From: Brevibacterium luteolum
GTDB taxonomy: Bacteria > Actinomycetota > Actinomycetes > Actinomycetales > Brevibacteriaceae
Length of the DNA stretch: 64,000 nucleotides
Reading direction: 5' to 3'
Assembly (NCBI RefSeq): GCF_013004595.1
Contig: NZ_JABEMC010000005.1
Coordinates: 62,001 to 126,000 of the forward strand
Positions 49,398 through 59,831 of this stretch are shown in pieces. The position numbers and the translations under genes are program-made. The notes under the pieces are model-generated. The model was given only the letters and a program-made list of their open reading frames with translations. It did no database searches and was not told the origin of the DNA. Each line of letters begins with the position of its first letter. Within the stretch, counting starts at the first letter, position 1.

Positions 49398-49688
49398 ATG
49401 GCTGTCATTCAGGTCGATGCCCAGGAGATCGAAGCCACTGTCACGCGCACGCGGGAATCATGCACGGTCCTGCACAATGAGGCGGCCAGCCTCATGGGCC
49501 ACCTGCGCAGTCTGGAGAACTCATGGCGCGGCGGTGCCGCTGAGAGCTTCCAGCAGCTGGCTGGCGAATGGGAGGTCGTGCAGCGGCAGGTGCAGGAGAG
49601 CATCGAGAGCATCCGCGACGCCCTCTCGGCTGCCGGCGTGCAGTACTCGGAGGTGGAGGAGGCCAACCGCAAGCGCTTCTCCCGCTGA
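49398..49688 (+). CDS. WXG100-family protein
   Basis: 96 aa, central SWRG, C-terminal YSEVEEAN; AAAGGAG RBS. Confidence 0.9.
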   Translation: MAVIQVDAQEIEATVTRTRESCTVLHNEAASLMGHLRSLENSWRGGAAESFQQLAGEWEVVQRQVQESIESIRDALSAAGVQYSEVEEANRKRFSR

Positions 49689-49910
49689 TGGTGCGCGCCG
49701 CCGGTGCGCCGGAAAGCAGCCGGATGAGGCCGGGATGATCCGGCAGATGAATCCGGCTGCAGCGTGCCGGTGGCGCCGCGTCATTCAACTCCACAGAACC
49801 CACCCGGGGCCTGGCATTCAGGCCGATCCGACTCAAGCTTTTTCCAATTTCACGCAGTAGAGTGAGGGAGAACGCAGAACTGAGCTTGAGCTCGAAGGAG
49901 ACTCCCCGGG

Positions 49911-50708
49911 ATGAGCATTTTCAAACGCATCAAGATGATCTTCGGCGCCAAGGCCAACTCGGCCCTGGACAAGGCCGAGAATCCCAACGAGACGCTGGAC
50001 TACTCGTACCAGAAGCAGCTCGAGCTGCTGCAGAAGGTGCGCCGCGGCGTCGCCGATGTGGCCACGAGCCGCAAGCGTCTTGAGCTGCAGATCGGTCAGC
50101 TGGAGAAGCAGCAGGACAAGCTGCAGTCCCAGGCGCAGAAGGCCCTGGAAGTCGGTCGCGAGGATCTCGCCCGTGAGGCGCTGACCCGCAAGTCAGGCCT
50201 GCAGCAGCAGATCGGCGACCTGCAGACCCAGCACCAGAACCTGCAGGCCGAGGAGCAGAAGCTCACGACGGCCTCGCAGCGCCTGCAGGCCAAGGTCGAC
50301 TCCTTCCGCACCCGCAAGGAGACCCTCAAGGCCAACTACAACGCCGCAGAAGCCCAGACCAAGATCAGCGAGGCATACTCGGGAATCTCCGAGGAGTTCG
50401 GCGATGTCGGTCTGGCGATCCAGCGCGCCGAGGACAAGACCGCGCAGCTGCAGGCTCGCGCCGGTGCGATGGACGAGCTGCTGGCCTCCGGTGCGCTCGA
50501 CGATCCGACCGGTGCCCCGCATGACGACATCGACGCCCAGCTCAACGCGCTCTCCAGCGACAGCGATGTCGAGATGGAGCTCGCCCGACTGCGCGACGGT
50601 CTGCCCAGCGGCCAGTCGAACCGCCCGGAGATCACCCGCGAGGCCCCCGTCGACGCAGAGACCGCCGACTCGCAGGCCTCGGCTGAGAACCCCCGGCAGG
50701 AGGGCTGA
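49911..50708 (+). CDS. pspA: PspA/IM30 (ESCRT-III-like) protein
   Basis: KRIKMIFGAKAN.ALDKAENP, coiled coil, GREDLAREAL, QARAGA.DEL. Confidence 0.95.
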   Translation: MSIFKRIKMIFGAKANSALDKAENPNETLDYSYQKQLELLQKVRRGVADVATSRKRLELQIGQLEKQQDKLQSQAQKALEVGREDLAREALTRKSGLQQQIGDLQTQHQNLQAEEQKLTTASQRLQAKVDSFRTRKETLKANYNAAEAQTKISEAYSGISEEFGDVGLAIQRAEDKTAQLQARAGAMDELLASGALDDPTGAPHDDIDAQLNALSSDSDVEMELARLRDGLPSGQSNRPEITREAPVDAETADSQASAENPRQEG

Positions 50709-50710
50709 TC

Positions 50711-51013
50711 ATGATCGTGCGCATCATGGGCGAAGGCCAGTTCGACGTCGCCGACGTCGAACAGGACGCCCTCCAGGCCTATGACGACAAGGTCGAGCAG
50801 GCCGTGCAGTCCGGAGATGAGGAGCAGACGAGTGCCGCGCTTCACGACCTGCGCTCCTACATCCTCTCCCACGGCACGCCCGTGGCAGATGACTTCCTCG
50901 GCACCTCCGACATCGTCGTCCCGTTCGCTGATGCGAGCATCGACGACATCCGACAGCTGGTCGACGGCTCTGGCCTGATCCCTGACCTGGACTCCCCCGG
51001 CCCTCAGGGCTGA
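50711..51013 (+). CDS. PspA-associated protein PspAA
   Basis: MIVRIMGEGQF...SDIVVP..D...GLIP, directly after pspA. Confidence 0.85.
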   Translation: MIVRIMGEGQFDVADVEQDALQAYDDKVEQAVQSGDEEQTSAALHDLRSYILSHGTPVADDFLGTSDIVVPFADASIDDIRQLVDGSGLIPDLDSPGPQG

Positions 51014-51053
51014 GCAGAACCAGCCGTTGGCACAGCAGCAAGGCAGAAGGACT

Positions 51054-51956
51054 ATGAAGAACCGTTTCGTCAAAGACCACGGGCTGACATTCCGGATGAG
51101 CACGGCCATGTTCCTCAATGGCCTCATCTTCGTGCTGCTCATGGTGGCGATCTGGTACATCCTGGGCCGCAGCCCAGGCGGAGTCGTCATCGCGGTGATC
51201 GTCAGCGCAGGCGCCTTCTTCTTCCAGTGGTACTTCTCCGATTCGATCGCGTTGAAGGCGATGGGCGCCCGGATTGTCACACCCGAACAGGCGCCCGAAC
51301 TGCATGTCATCGTCGACCGGCTGTGCCAGCTGTCCGACACCGTCAAACCGCGGGTGGCGTACTCCGATTCGCCGGTGCCCAACGCCTTTGCCACCGGCCG
51401 GTCGCCGAAGCACTCGGTCGTCTGCGTCACCCGCGGTCTCCTCGACACCCTGGAACCCAAGGAAGTCGAGCTCGTCCTGGCCCACGAGCTCTCCCACGTC
51501 GCCCACCGCGACGTCACCGTCATGACGGTTGCCGGTGTCACCGGCGTCGTCGCCTCGCTCATGGTGCGCGCAGGCTTCTACACCGGCGGACGCAGCCGCA
51601 ACAACAACGGCCTGCCGGTGATGCTGGCGATGATGATCGTCGGTGCTGTTGTCTACGCACTCAGCTTCGTGCTCATCCGCGTGCTCTCCCGCTACCGGGA
51701 GCTGGCCGCTGACCGTGCTGCCGCGATCCTCACCGGCCAGCCATCGACACTCGCCTCGGCACTGGTGAAGATCAGCGGCCAGATGACTCAGATCCCCTCG
51801 CAGGACCTGCGCAAAACCGCCAGCGCCAACCACCTCGCCCTCGTCCCGGCCATCAACGGCCGCGACGTCCGCCAGTGGTTCTCCACCCACCCGAGCCTGG
51901 AGAAGCGCCTGGAGCAGCTGAACAAGATCTCCGGCCAACTCTCCCGCCCGTCATGA
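51054..51956 (+). CDS. htpX: Zinc metalloprotease HtpX
   Basis: PNAFATGR, AHELSHV.HRD, SRYRE..ADR, STHP. Confidence 0.95.
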   Translation: MKNRFVKDHGLTFRMSTAMFLNGLIFVLLMVAIWYILGRSPGGVVIAVIVSAGAFFFQWYFSDSIALKAMGARIVTPEQAPELHVIVDRLCQLSDTVKPRVAYSDSPVPNAFATGRSPKHSVVCVTRGLLDTLEPKEVELVLAHELSHVAHRDVTVMTVAGVTGVVASLMVRAGFYTGGRSRNNNGLPVMLAMMIVGAVVYALSFVLIRVLSRYRELAADRAAAILTGQPSTLASALVKISGQMTQIPSQDLRKTASANHLALVPAINGRDVRQWFSTHPSLEKRLEQLNKISGQLSRPS

Positions 51957-52004
51957 CCTCACCGCTGGTTCCACACCTCGGCACCGGACTCGTAGACTGA
52001 GCGC

Positions 52005-52604
52005 ATGGGATTTCTCGACGCGATTCTGGGCCGCAGCAAGCCGAAGCGAGCCAACCTCGATGACCTGTTCGCGCTGCCGAACGTGTCGCTGACCCTGCAG
52101 TCATCCTCGACGTTCACCCCGACTGGCGTCGGCGCCGTGTGCTTCCGCGAGGTCGAAGGCCGCGCCTTCGCCGAGGCCGAGCAGGAGAGCCGCGAGCTCA
52201 TCGCCAAGGACCCCGACTGCGACGTCGAACAGGTCAACGACGGCTACGGCTTCACCTGGCAGGTCATCACCGACGCCCAGGCGAACATCTCGAACCTGGC
52301 GACGAACATGCACGCCATCAACTCAGCGCTGGTCAACCAGGGCTTCGACACGATGCTGCTGTGCACCGCCCTGTACTTCCGTGACGCCGACGGCCGCGCG
52401 GCCGCGATCGTCTACCTGTACAAGCGCGGCACCTTCTACCCCTTCGTGCAGGTCGGCCAGCACCGACGCGACAACGCCCTGGAGATCCAGCTCAAGGGCC
52501 TGCTCGAAGGCGAGGTTCCCCTCGAAGAGGATCTGACGAAGTGGTCACCGCTGTGGGATGCCCCGGGCATGGACCGGACCGCTGGGCCAGAGCTGACCCG
52601 CTGA
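52005..52604 (+). CDS. PspA-associated protein PspAB
   Basis: MGFLDAILGRSKP..ANLD.LF, VYLYKRGTFYPF, RDNALE; follows htpX. Confidence 0.85.
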   Translation: MGFLDAILGRSKPKRANLDDLFALPNVSLTLQSSSTFTPTGVGAVCFREVEGRAFAEAEQESRELIAKDPDCDVEQVNDGYGFTWQVITDAQANISNLATNMHAINSALVNQGFDTMLLCTALYFRDADGRAAAIVYLYKRGTFYPFVQVGQHRRDNALEIQLKGLLEGEVPLEEDLTKWSPLWDAPGMDRTAGPELTR

Positions 52605-52614
52605 GACACACCCG

Positions 52615-52718
52615 CGTGCAGTTCGTGTCGACTGCTCGATCATCGAGTCGACACGAAACGCACGACTGAACTCGGCTGAACGTGTGCAGACTCGACGATT
52701 CTCGAGTCTGCACGAAAT
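52615..52718. repeat. REP-like pair of related hairpins
   Basis: TTCGTGTCGACT...AGTCGACACGAA and GTGCAGACTCGA...TCGAGTCTGCAC; the 3' arms share TCGAGTC..CACGAAA. Confidence 0.7.
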
Positions 52719-52753
52719 GTCAGAAAGGGGATGGCAGTGCTGCTGACGGCCGG

Positions 52754-52993
52754 TCAGCTGACCGCAGGAGGCTCCAGGGCCTGGGCGACGGTGAACTCGA
52801 CGCCGGCAGCCGGGACGGAGATGACATCCCCGGTGACGATCTTGGCGCTGCGGCGCGTATCGACTTCGCCGTTGACGAGGACGTCGCCGGACGCGATCAT
52901 GTCCTTGGCCATGACGCCGTGCTCGGCAACGCCGTGGAGCTTGAGCAGCTGACCGAGGCGGATATCGCCGGAGCTGATCTCGACAGTCTCCAC
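52754..52993 (-). CDS. S4-domain RNA-binding protein (YbcJ/YaaA-like)
   Basis: IRLGQLLKL, G..AK..I..G.V.VNGEVDTRR..K. Confidence 0.9.
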   Translation of the reverse strand: METVEISSGDIRLGQLLKLHGVAEHGVMAKDMIASGDVLVNGEVDTRRSAKIVTGDVISVPAAGVEFTVAQALEPPAVS

Positions 52994-52996
52994 GGA

Positions 52997-53833
52997 TCAG
53001 AACCCGAAGTCGAAGTCGCCGAAGCCACCGCCATCGCCGAAGCCGCCTCCGTCACCGAAGCCTCCACCGTCGAAGCCTCCGGCGTCACCGCCGTCCATGC
53101 CGCCGGGGTCAGCGTTCATGCCGTCGTTGAAGCCGTCAGCGTAGGAGCCGTCCCAGCCGTGGCCGAAGCCGTTGAAGAGCATAGCGCCCATGAGGACGCC
53201 GGGAAGCAGGCCGGAGCCGGCGTAGGAGTTGAAGTAGCCGCGGTTGTATTCGGCGTAGCTCGGGCCGGCCTCCCAATAGGCGCGGCGGCCCAGCCCGTCA
53301 GCAGTGGCGACCTTACGCACGGCAGGCTCAGCACCGACGGCGATGCGCTCAGCGTCAGCAGCGCACACCGGCACCGGGCGCAACTGGCCGCCGACCGGAG
53401 CCCAGTCGATCTCCTCGACCGAGGGTCCATGCTGCGGGTTGAAGAAGCACGGCGGACGTCGGGTGGGCAGCGGCTCGCCGTTGACGCGGGCACGCACGCA
53501 CTTGGCGGCGTAACGGCCGTCCTCAAGCGCTTCGGTCACGTGCCGGATGTCCTCGGGCTTCTGCACGCGCTCCAGGGTCTCCTTGGCGGTGTCGTAGGCG
53601 TCGAGTGCGCGCTGGTAGTCCTGGCGGCCGCCTTCGTCGAGGTCGGCGCCGGTGGTGACGATGTCGAGGTCAGCGACCTCTTCGCCGAAGGACGTGACGT
53701 CCTCGGCTGCGGACTGGGTGACGAAGCTGAGCTCCTCTGCCTGTTCCTCCCGTTCGCGCAACTTCTGGCGCCGGGAGCCGAAGAACATGAGTGAACCGAC
53801 GATGATGAGCAAACCGAGAAAGACGTATCCCAT
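52997..53833 (-). CDS. Membrane-anchored protein with Cys/His motif and Gly/Asp/Phe-rich tail
   Basis: N-terminal TM, helical region, RRPPCFFNPQHGPS, VPVCAADA, GGFGD repeats. Confidence 0.8.
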   Translation of the reverse strand: MGYVFLGLLIIVGSLMFFGSRRQKLREREEQAEELSFVTQSAAEDVTSFGEEVADLDIVTTGADLDEGGRQDYQRALDAYDTAKETLERVQKPEDIRHVTEALEDGRYAAKCVRARVNGEPLPTRRPPCFFNPQHGPSVEEIDWAPVGGQLRPVPVCAADAERIAVGAEPAVRKVATADGLGRRAYWEAGPSYAEYNRGYFNSYAGSGLLPGVLMGAMLFNGFGHGWDGSYADGFNDGMNADPGGMDGGDAGGFDGGGFGDGGGFGDGGGFGDFDFGF

Positions 53834-53943
53834 GCCCCGTCCGATCCTTCTTCCATCACGAGTGCGGCTGACTGCCCCATTATCACCGGCGAACCTTAGT
53901 GCACTCTGAGGAGCACGCGTGAATACGGCGCGCGGGGTTCAGC

Positions 53944-54687
53944 TCACAGGCCCGCCAGTCCCTTGACGAGCGTGGCGGCACCGCCGGCCAAGGCGATGGT
54001 GATCATGCCGACGCGGGCAACCTTGACCGGGATGCGCTCGGCGGTCAGCTCGCCGATGATCTGTCCGGCGGCCAGGGCGGCAAAGACCATGAGCCACTGG
54101 CCGAGCCCGAGGTGCGGGATCGCGGTGCGGTCGAAGGCGACCTTGGCGATGATCGACATGACCGAGGCGATGGCCAGCAGAGGCTGCATCGTCGCGGCGA
54201 AGCTGCGCTGCTCCCAGCGGGTGAGCACGGCATAGGTGCTGAAGGCCGGGCCGCCGACGCCGGAGGCGGCGTTCATGACCCCGGCGACAAGCCCCGAGGT
54301 GGCGATGCCGCCGGTGTTGACCGGCAGCACCTTGCCGACGCGGCCGATGACGATCGAGGTTGCCAGGGCGATGACGACGATGGCACCGATGAGCGTCTGC
54401 AGCGGAGCGGTCGGCATGACGGACGCCAGCCACGCACCGGGGATGGTGGCGATGACCGAGGACACCGCGAGGATCTTCAACGTCTTCCAATGCACCTCGC
54501 GCCAGGTGCGGGCGAAGATGATCGCGCAGGAGATGAAGCCGACGATATTGACGAGCACGACTCCAGACAGCGGGTCGAGCAGCAGCACGAGGAACGGACC
54601 GGAGACGAGGGCGAATCCCATCCCCGTCACACGCTGGGACAGTGCGCCGATGAAGACGGCGAGCAGGATGAAGGTGATGACGGGCAT
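53944..54687 (-). CDS. TauE/SafE-family exporter
   Basis: QRVTGMGFALV, AGVMNAASGVGGP. Confidence 0.88.
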   Translation of the reverse strand: MPVITFILLAVFIGALSQRVTGMGFALVSGPFLVLLLDPLSGVVLVNIVGFISCAIIFARTWREVHWKTLKILAVSSVIATIPGAWLASVMPTAPLQTLIGAIVVIALATSIVIGRVGKVLPVNTGGIATSGLVAGVMNAASGVGGPAFSTYAVLTRWEQRSFAATMQPLLAIASVMSIIAKVAFDRTAIPHLGLGQWLMVFAALAAGQIIGELTAERIPVKVARVGMITIALAGGAATLVKGLAGL

Positions 54688-54796
54688 GATGAGCTCAGCT
54701 TAGCGCTTCATAAGACCTGCAGCGGGAGGTTCTGCGGCTGCTGAGATTTTGGTGCGGTGCAGGTCAGGGCGCTGCTCGGGGCGTGGTGAATGAGAG

Positions 54797-54835
54797 CAGG
54801 CGGGGTGGAAGAGTCAGACTCTTCCACCCCGCCTG
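54797..54835 (-). terminator. groEL terminator hairpin
   Basis: CAGGCGGGGTGGAAGAGTC-A-GACTCTTCCACCCCGCCTG. Confidence 0.75.
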
Positions 54836-54886
54836 GCTGGGTTCTGACGCGCCGGCTATGCGGCCGGTCGTTCAGTTCTCAGCGGC

Positions 54887-56611
<1,725 letters not shown>

Positions 56612-56646
56612 TCACTTCTCGGGGCCGAGATTTACCAGTACTAGAT

Positions 56647-56673
56647 TTAGCACTCTCGACCCGAGAGTGCAAA
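56647..56673. promoter_or_regulatory. CIRCE element (HrcA operator)
   Basis: TTAGCACTC-N9-GAGTGCAAA upstream of groEL. Confidence 0.93.
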
Positions 56674-56784
56674 ACTGCACCCACACCTCGGGAGCGGTGC
56701 GGGTGCAGGCAGGGGCGGACATGCGAAGAGCCGGGGGCAACCCGGCTCTTCTGGTGATCGGCGGGCAGCGCCGGTCGGGAGTGC

Positions 56785-56988
56785 TCAGAGCACCGTGACC
56801 GATTCTGCCTGCGGGCCCTTGGCGCCTTCACCGACCGTGAACTGGACCTGCTGGCCTTCTTCAAGCGAGCGGTATCCGTCCATCTCGATCGCGGTCCAAT
56901 GGACGAAGACGTCCTGGTCTCCGCCTTCTACGGTGATGAAGCCGTAGCCCTTCTCAGCGTTGAACCACTTGACCGTGCCTTGCGTCAT
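56785..56988 (-). CDS. cspA: Cold-shock protein
   Basis: [27 protein letters not shown]. Confidence 0.95.
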   Translation of the reverse strand: MTQGTVKWFNAEKGYGFITVEGGDQDVFVHWTAIEMDGYRSLEEGQQVQFTVGEGAKGPQAESVTVL

Positions 56989-57238
56989 TTCTACTCCATA
57001 TCATGCGTACTGCAGCGGGGCACCTATCCGAGGAACTCCGTTGTTCGTGCCGGTCACGCCGCTGCCCTGGTGAGGCAGCACCGCGATCGACGCGGGTCAC
57101 TGTATGCCCGGAAGACTGTCGGTTACGGCAAGTTTCCTTGTATCTCATACATTGCCGCCAGCCTATGCCACGGCTGGCGCTCCCTGCAAACACAGGCGCG
57201 GAATGGCGCGTTTCCGAGCGGATGCGGAACCGCGGTGC

Positions 57239-57847
57239 TCAGTTGCCGGTGCCCTCGGTGGCACCGTCGGTCGAGTCGCCGTCGCCGCCGAGGCTGTCGA
57301 GGTCCTCATCGGCGATGTCGGAGGTGATGAGCAGGGTGACCTGGCCGGGGAACTCCGCGGACTTCTCGACGGTCTCGACACCGAGTTCGGCGGCCAGTGC
57401 GCCGGCCTGCATCTCGTACTCGTCATCGGAGTAGTACACGACAGAGGACGACTCGTTGGTCGAGTGGTTGCCGACGTCGGTGACGTTCCAGCCGTTGGAT
57501 TCGAGGTGCTCGCGGAACTTCGCGGCAGCACCGGTGACGCCGGAGCCGTTGAGGACGTGGACCTCGGCGGTCTTGTCGACGACGTCGACGGCCGGATCGG
57601 TGGTCTCCTCTTCGGTCGGCTCGGCCCCTTCGGTGGCTGCCGGGGTCTCGGCGACGTTCTCCTCGGGGTTCGAGGCGGACTGGCGGATGATGTTGAAAGC
57701 ACCGAATACGACGAGCAGTGCGGCGATGGCGAGCACGGCGATGAGCGCGATCGCCCCGCCCTGCGAGATCGGCCCGCCTCGGCGGTGGGCGCCCTTGCGT
57801 CCGGTGGGCTGCAGGTCGTCGAATTCGTCGCGTGGGTACTTGGCCAT
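57239..57847 (-). CDS. LytR C-terminal domain membrane protein
   Basis: YPRDEFD..GAHR, TM, VLNGSGVTGAA, VGN, SVVYY. Confidence 0.88.
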   Translation of the reverse strand: MAKYPRDEFDDLQPTGRKGAHRRGGPISQGGAIALIAVLAIAALLVVFGAFNIIRQSASNPEENVAETPAATEGAEPTEEETTDPAVDVVDKTAEVHVLNGSGVTGAAAKFREHLESNGWNVTDVGNHSTNESSSVVYYSDDEYEMQAGALAAELGVETVEKSAEFPGQVTLLITSDIADEDLDSLGGDGDSTDGATEGTGN

Positions 57848-57850
57848 CGG

Positions 57851-58105
57851 CTACCTCGCCATGCGCGTGCGGGCGCGGTGCTGGTGACGGCTCTCGCGGA
57901 TGCGGCGCAGCCGTTTGATGAGGATGGGGTCGGCGGCATAGGCCGCGGGGCTGTCGAGCAGGGTGTTGAGCAGCTGGAAGTAGGCCGGGGCCGACATGTC
58001 GAACTCCTGGCGGATCGCTCCGTCCTTGGCGCCTCCGTAGGTATGCCACTGGCGCTCGAAGCGCAGTACGCGGGATTCGAGTTCGGTGAGCTCCTGCTCG
58101 CTCAT
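57851..58105 (-). CDS. DUF3263-family protein
   Basis: LRFERQW...GAKDGAIR..F.MS...YFQLLN.LLD...DP..IKRLRR. Confidence 0.92.
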   Translation of the reverse strand: MSEQELTELESRVLRFERQWHTYGGAKDGAIRQEFDMSAPAYFQLLNTLLDSPAAYAADPILIKRLRRIRESRHQHRARTRMAR

Positions 58106-58280
58106 GCCACCTGCCTTCTGTCGGATAGCCACAGTCTAGCGAAGAATGACACGCATGTGCTTCAGGCGGGCGTGCCGGTCATGCAGAAGCCACCGGTGCG
58201 GTGCTGGGCTGCAGCACCGCACCGGTGGCTCTCATCTGGGCGGACCCGCGAACGGGTCAGCCGCGGGTCTGCTGGGCGGG

Positions 58281-59747
58281 TCAGCCGATCTTGACGTTGA
58301 CCTGCTTGATCTGGGTGAAGCCCTCGAGCATGCCCTCCAGGGAGAGCTCACGGCCGATGCCGGAGGTCTTGAAGCCGCCGTAGGCCTGGCCGACGACCTG
58401 CGGGCCGCCCTGGTTGACCTGCACCCAGCCGGACTGGATCCGGTCGGCCATCCGCAGTCCGCGGCCGAGGTCGCCGGTGAAGACGTAGGCGGCCAGGCCG
58501 TAGTCGGAGTCGTTGGCCATCTCGACGACCTCGTCTTCGGTGGAGAACCGGATGACAGACAGGACGGGTCCGAAGATCTCCTCCTGGGAGGTCTTCCAGT
58601 CGTTCTTCGCCTGCGCGAAGATCACCGGGGCGTGGTAGAAGCCCGGTTCGCCGACCTCGAGGCTGTCATGGCCGTCGTAGGCGACCTCGACGCCGTCTTC
58701 GGCCTTGCCGTGGTCGATGTACTCCTGGACGAGGTCGTACTGCTTCTGGTTGATGACGCAGCCGATGTCGGAGGCCTCATCGCGCGGGTCGCCGACCTTG
58801 AGTCCCTTGACCTTCTCGACGAGCTTGCTGAGGAAGTCATCGTAGATGTCGGCGTGCAGGAACAGGCGCGAACCCATCGTGCACGACTGGCCCTGGCGAG
58901 CGAAACGGGTGGCGAGCAGCACCTGATCGAGTGCGGCTTCGAGGTCCGCATCCGGGAAGATGATGTTCGGGCTCTTGCCGCCGAGCTCCATCGAGGAGTG
59001 CGCCAGGCGGCTGGCAGCCGCCTCGGCGACGTGGCGGCCAACCGAGGTCGAGCCGGTGAAGGAGACCTTGTCGACATCCGGGTGCTGGACGAGGGCCTCG
59101 CCGATGACCGAGCCCTTGCCGGTGACGACGTTGAGGACGCCGTCGGGCAGGAACTCCGAGCAGATCTCGGCCATCTTCAGGATCGTCAGCGGTGCGTCCT
59201 CAGCGCACTTGAGCACGATCGTGTTGCCGGCGGCCAGTGCGGCCGGGGTCTTGAAGCCGGCGATCATGAGCGGCGAGTTCCACGGCAAGATGCCGGCGAC
59301 CACGCCGAGCGGCACGCGCTTCGTGTAGTTGAGCTGCTGCTCACCGGCGGGAAGCGTATTGCCCTTGACCTCGCCGGCGACACCACCGAAGTACCGGAAG
59401 ATCTCCGAGAGCATCGTCGCCTCGGGACGGGCCTGAGTGCGCTTGGCGTTGCCGGTGTCGAGCGCGGTGAGCTCGGCGAGCTCGTCGATGTTGGCCTCCA
59501 GGGCATCAGCGCACTTCGTCAGCATCTTCTGACGCTCCTTGAAGTGCAGGCCCGACCAGGCCGGGAAGGCTGCGCGAGCAGCCTTGACGGCGCGGTCGGC
59601 GTCCTCGGCCTTGCCGTTGGGCACGTGGGCGATGACGACGTTGCGGTCGATGGGGGTGATGACATCGGCGCGCGACCCGTCGAGGGCGTCGACCCATTCG
59701 CCGCCGATGAGCATGTGCCAGTCAGTGGGCTGCGGGAAATCTGACAT
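58281..59747 (-). CDS. Aldehyde dehydrogenase
   Basis: ILPWNSP, FTGST, ELGGKSP, GQSC, EEIFGP. Confidence 0.93.
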   Translation of the reverse strand: MSDFPQPTDWHMLIGGEWVDALDGSRADVITPIDRNVVIAHVPNGKAEDADRAVKAARAAFPAWSGLHFKERQKMLTKCADALEANIDELAELTALDTGNAKRTQARPEATMLSEIFRYFGGVAGEVKGNTLPAGEQQLNYTKRVPLGVVAGILPWNSPLMIAGFKTPAALAAGNTIVLKCAEDAPLTILKMAEICSEFLPDGVLNVVTGKGSVIGEALVQHPDVDKVSFTGSTSVGRHVAEAAASRLAHSSMELGGKSPNIIFPDADLEAALDQVLLATRFARQGQSCTMGSRLFLHADIYDDFLSKLVEKVKGLKVGDPRDEASDIGCVINQKQYDLVQEYIDHGKAEDGVEVAYDGHDSLEVGEPGFYHAPVIFAQAKNDWKTSQEEIFGPVLSVIRFSTEDEVVEMANDSDYGLAAYVFTGDLGRGLRMADRIQSGWVQVNQGGPQVVGQAYGGFKTSGIGRELSLEGMLEGFTQIKQVNVKIG

Positions 59748-59831
59748 CGTGTGGTCCTTTCACAACAGGGGCCCTCAGTGTGAGGGGAGGCAGGGGTTCA
59801 AAGCGGTGTGCCCGCTGCGGCTGCAGCCGGC

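Noticed and set aside
49831..49891. ACTCAAG...CTTGAG upstream of pspA as an HspR HAIR operator
   Set aside because: Arm order and spacing do not fit CTTGAGT-N7-ACTCAAG
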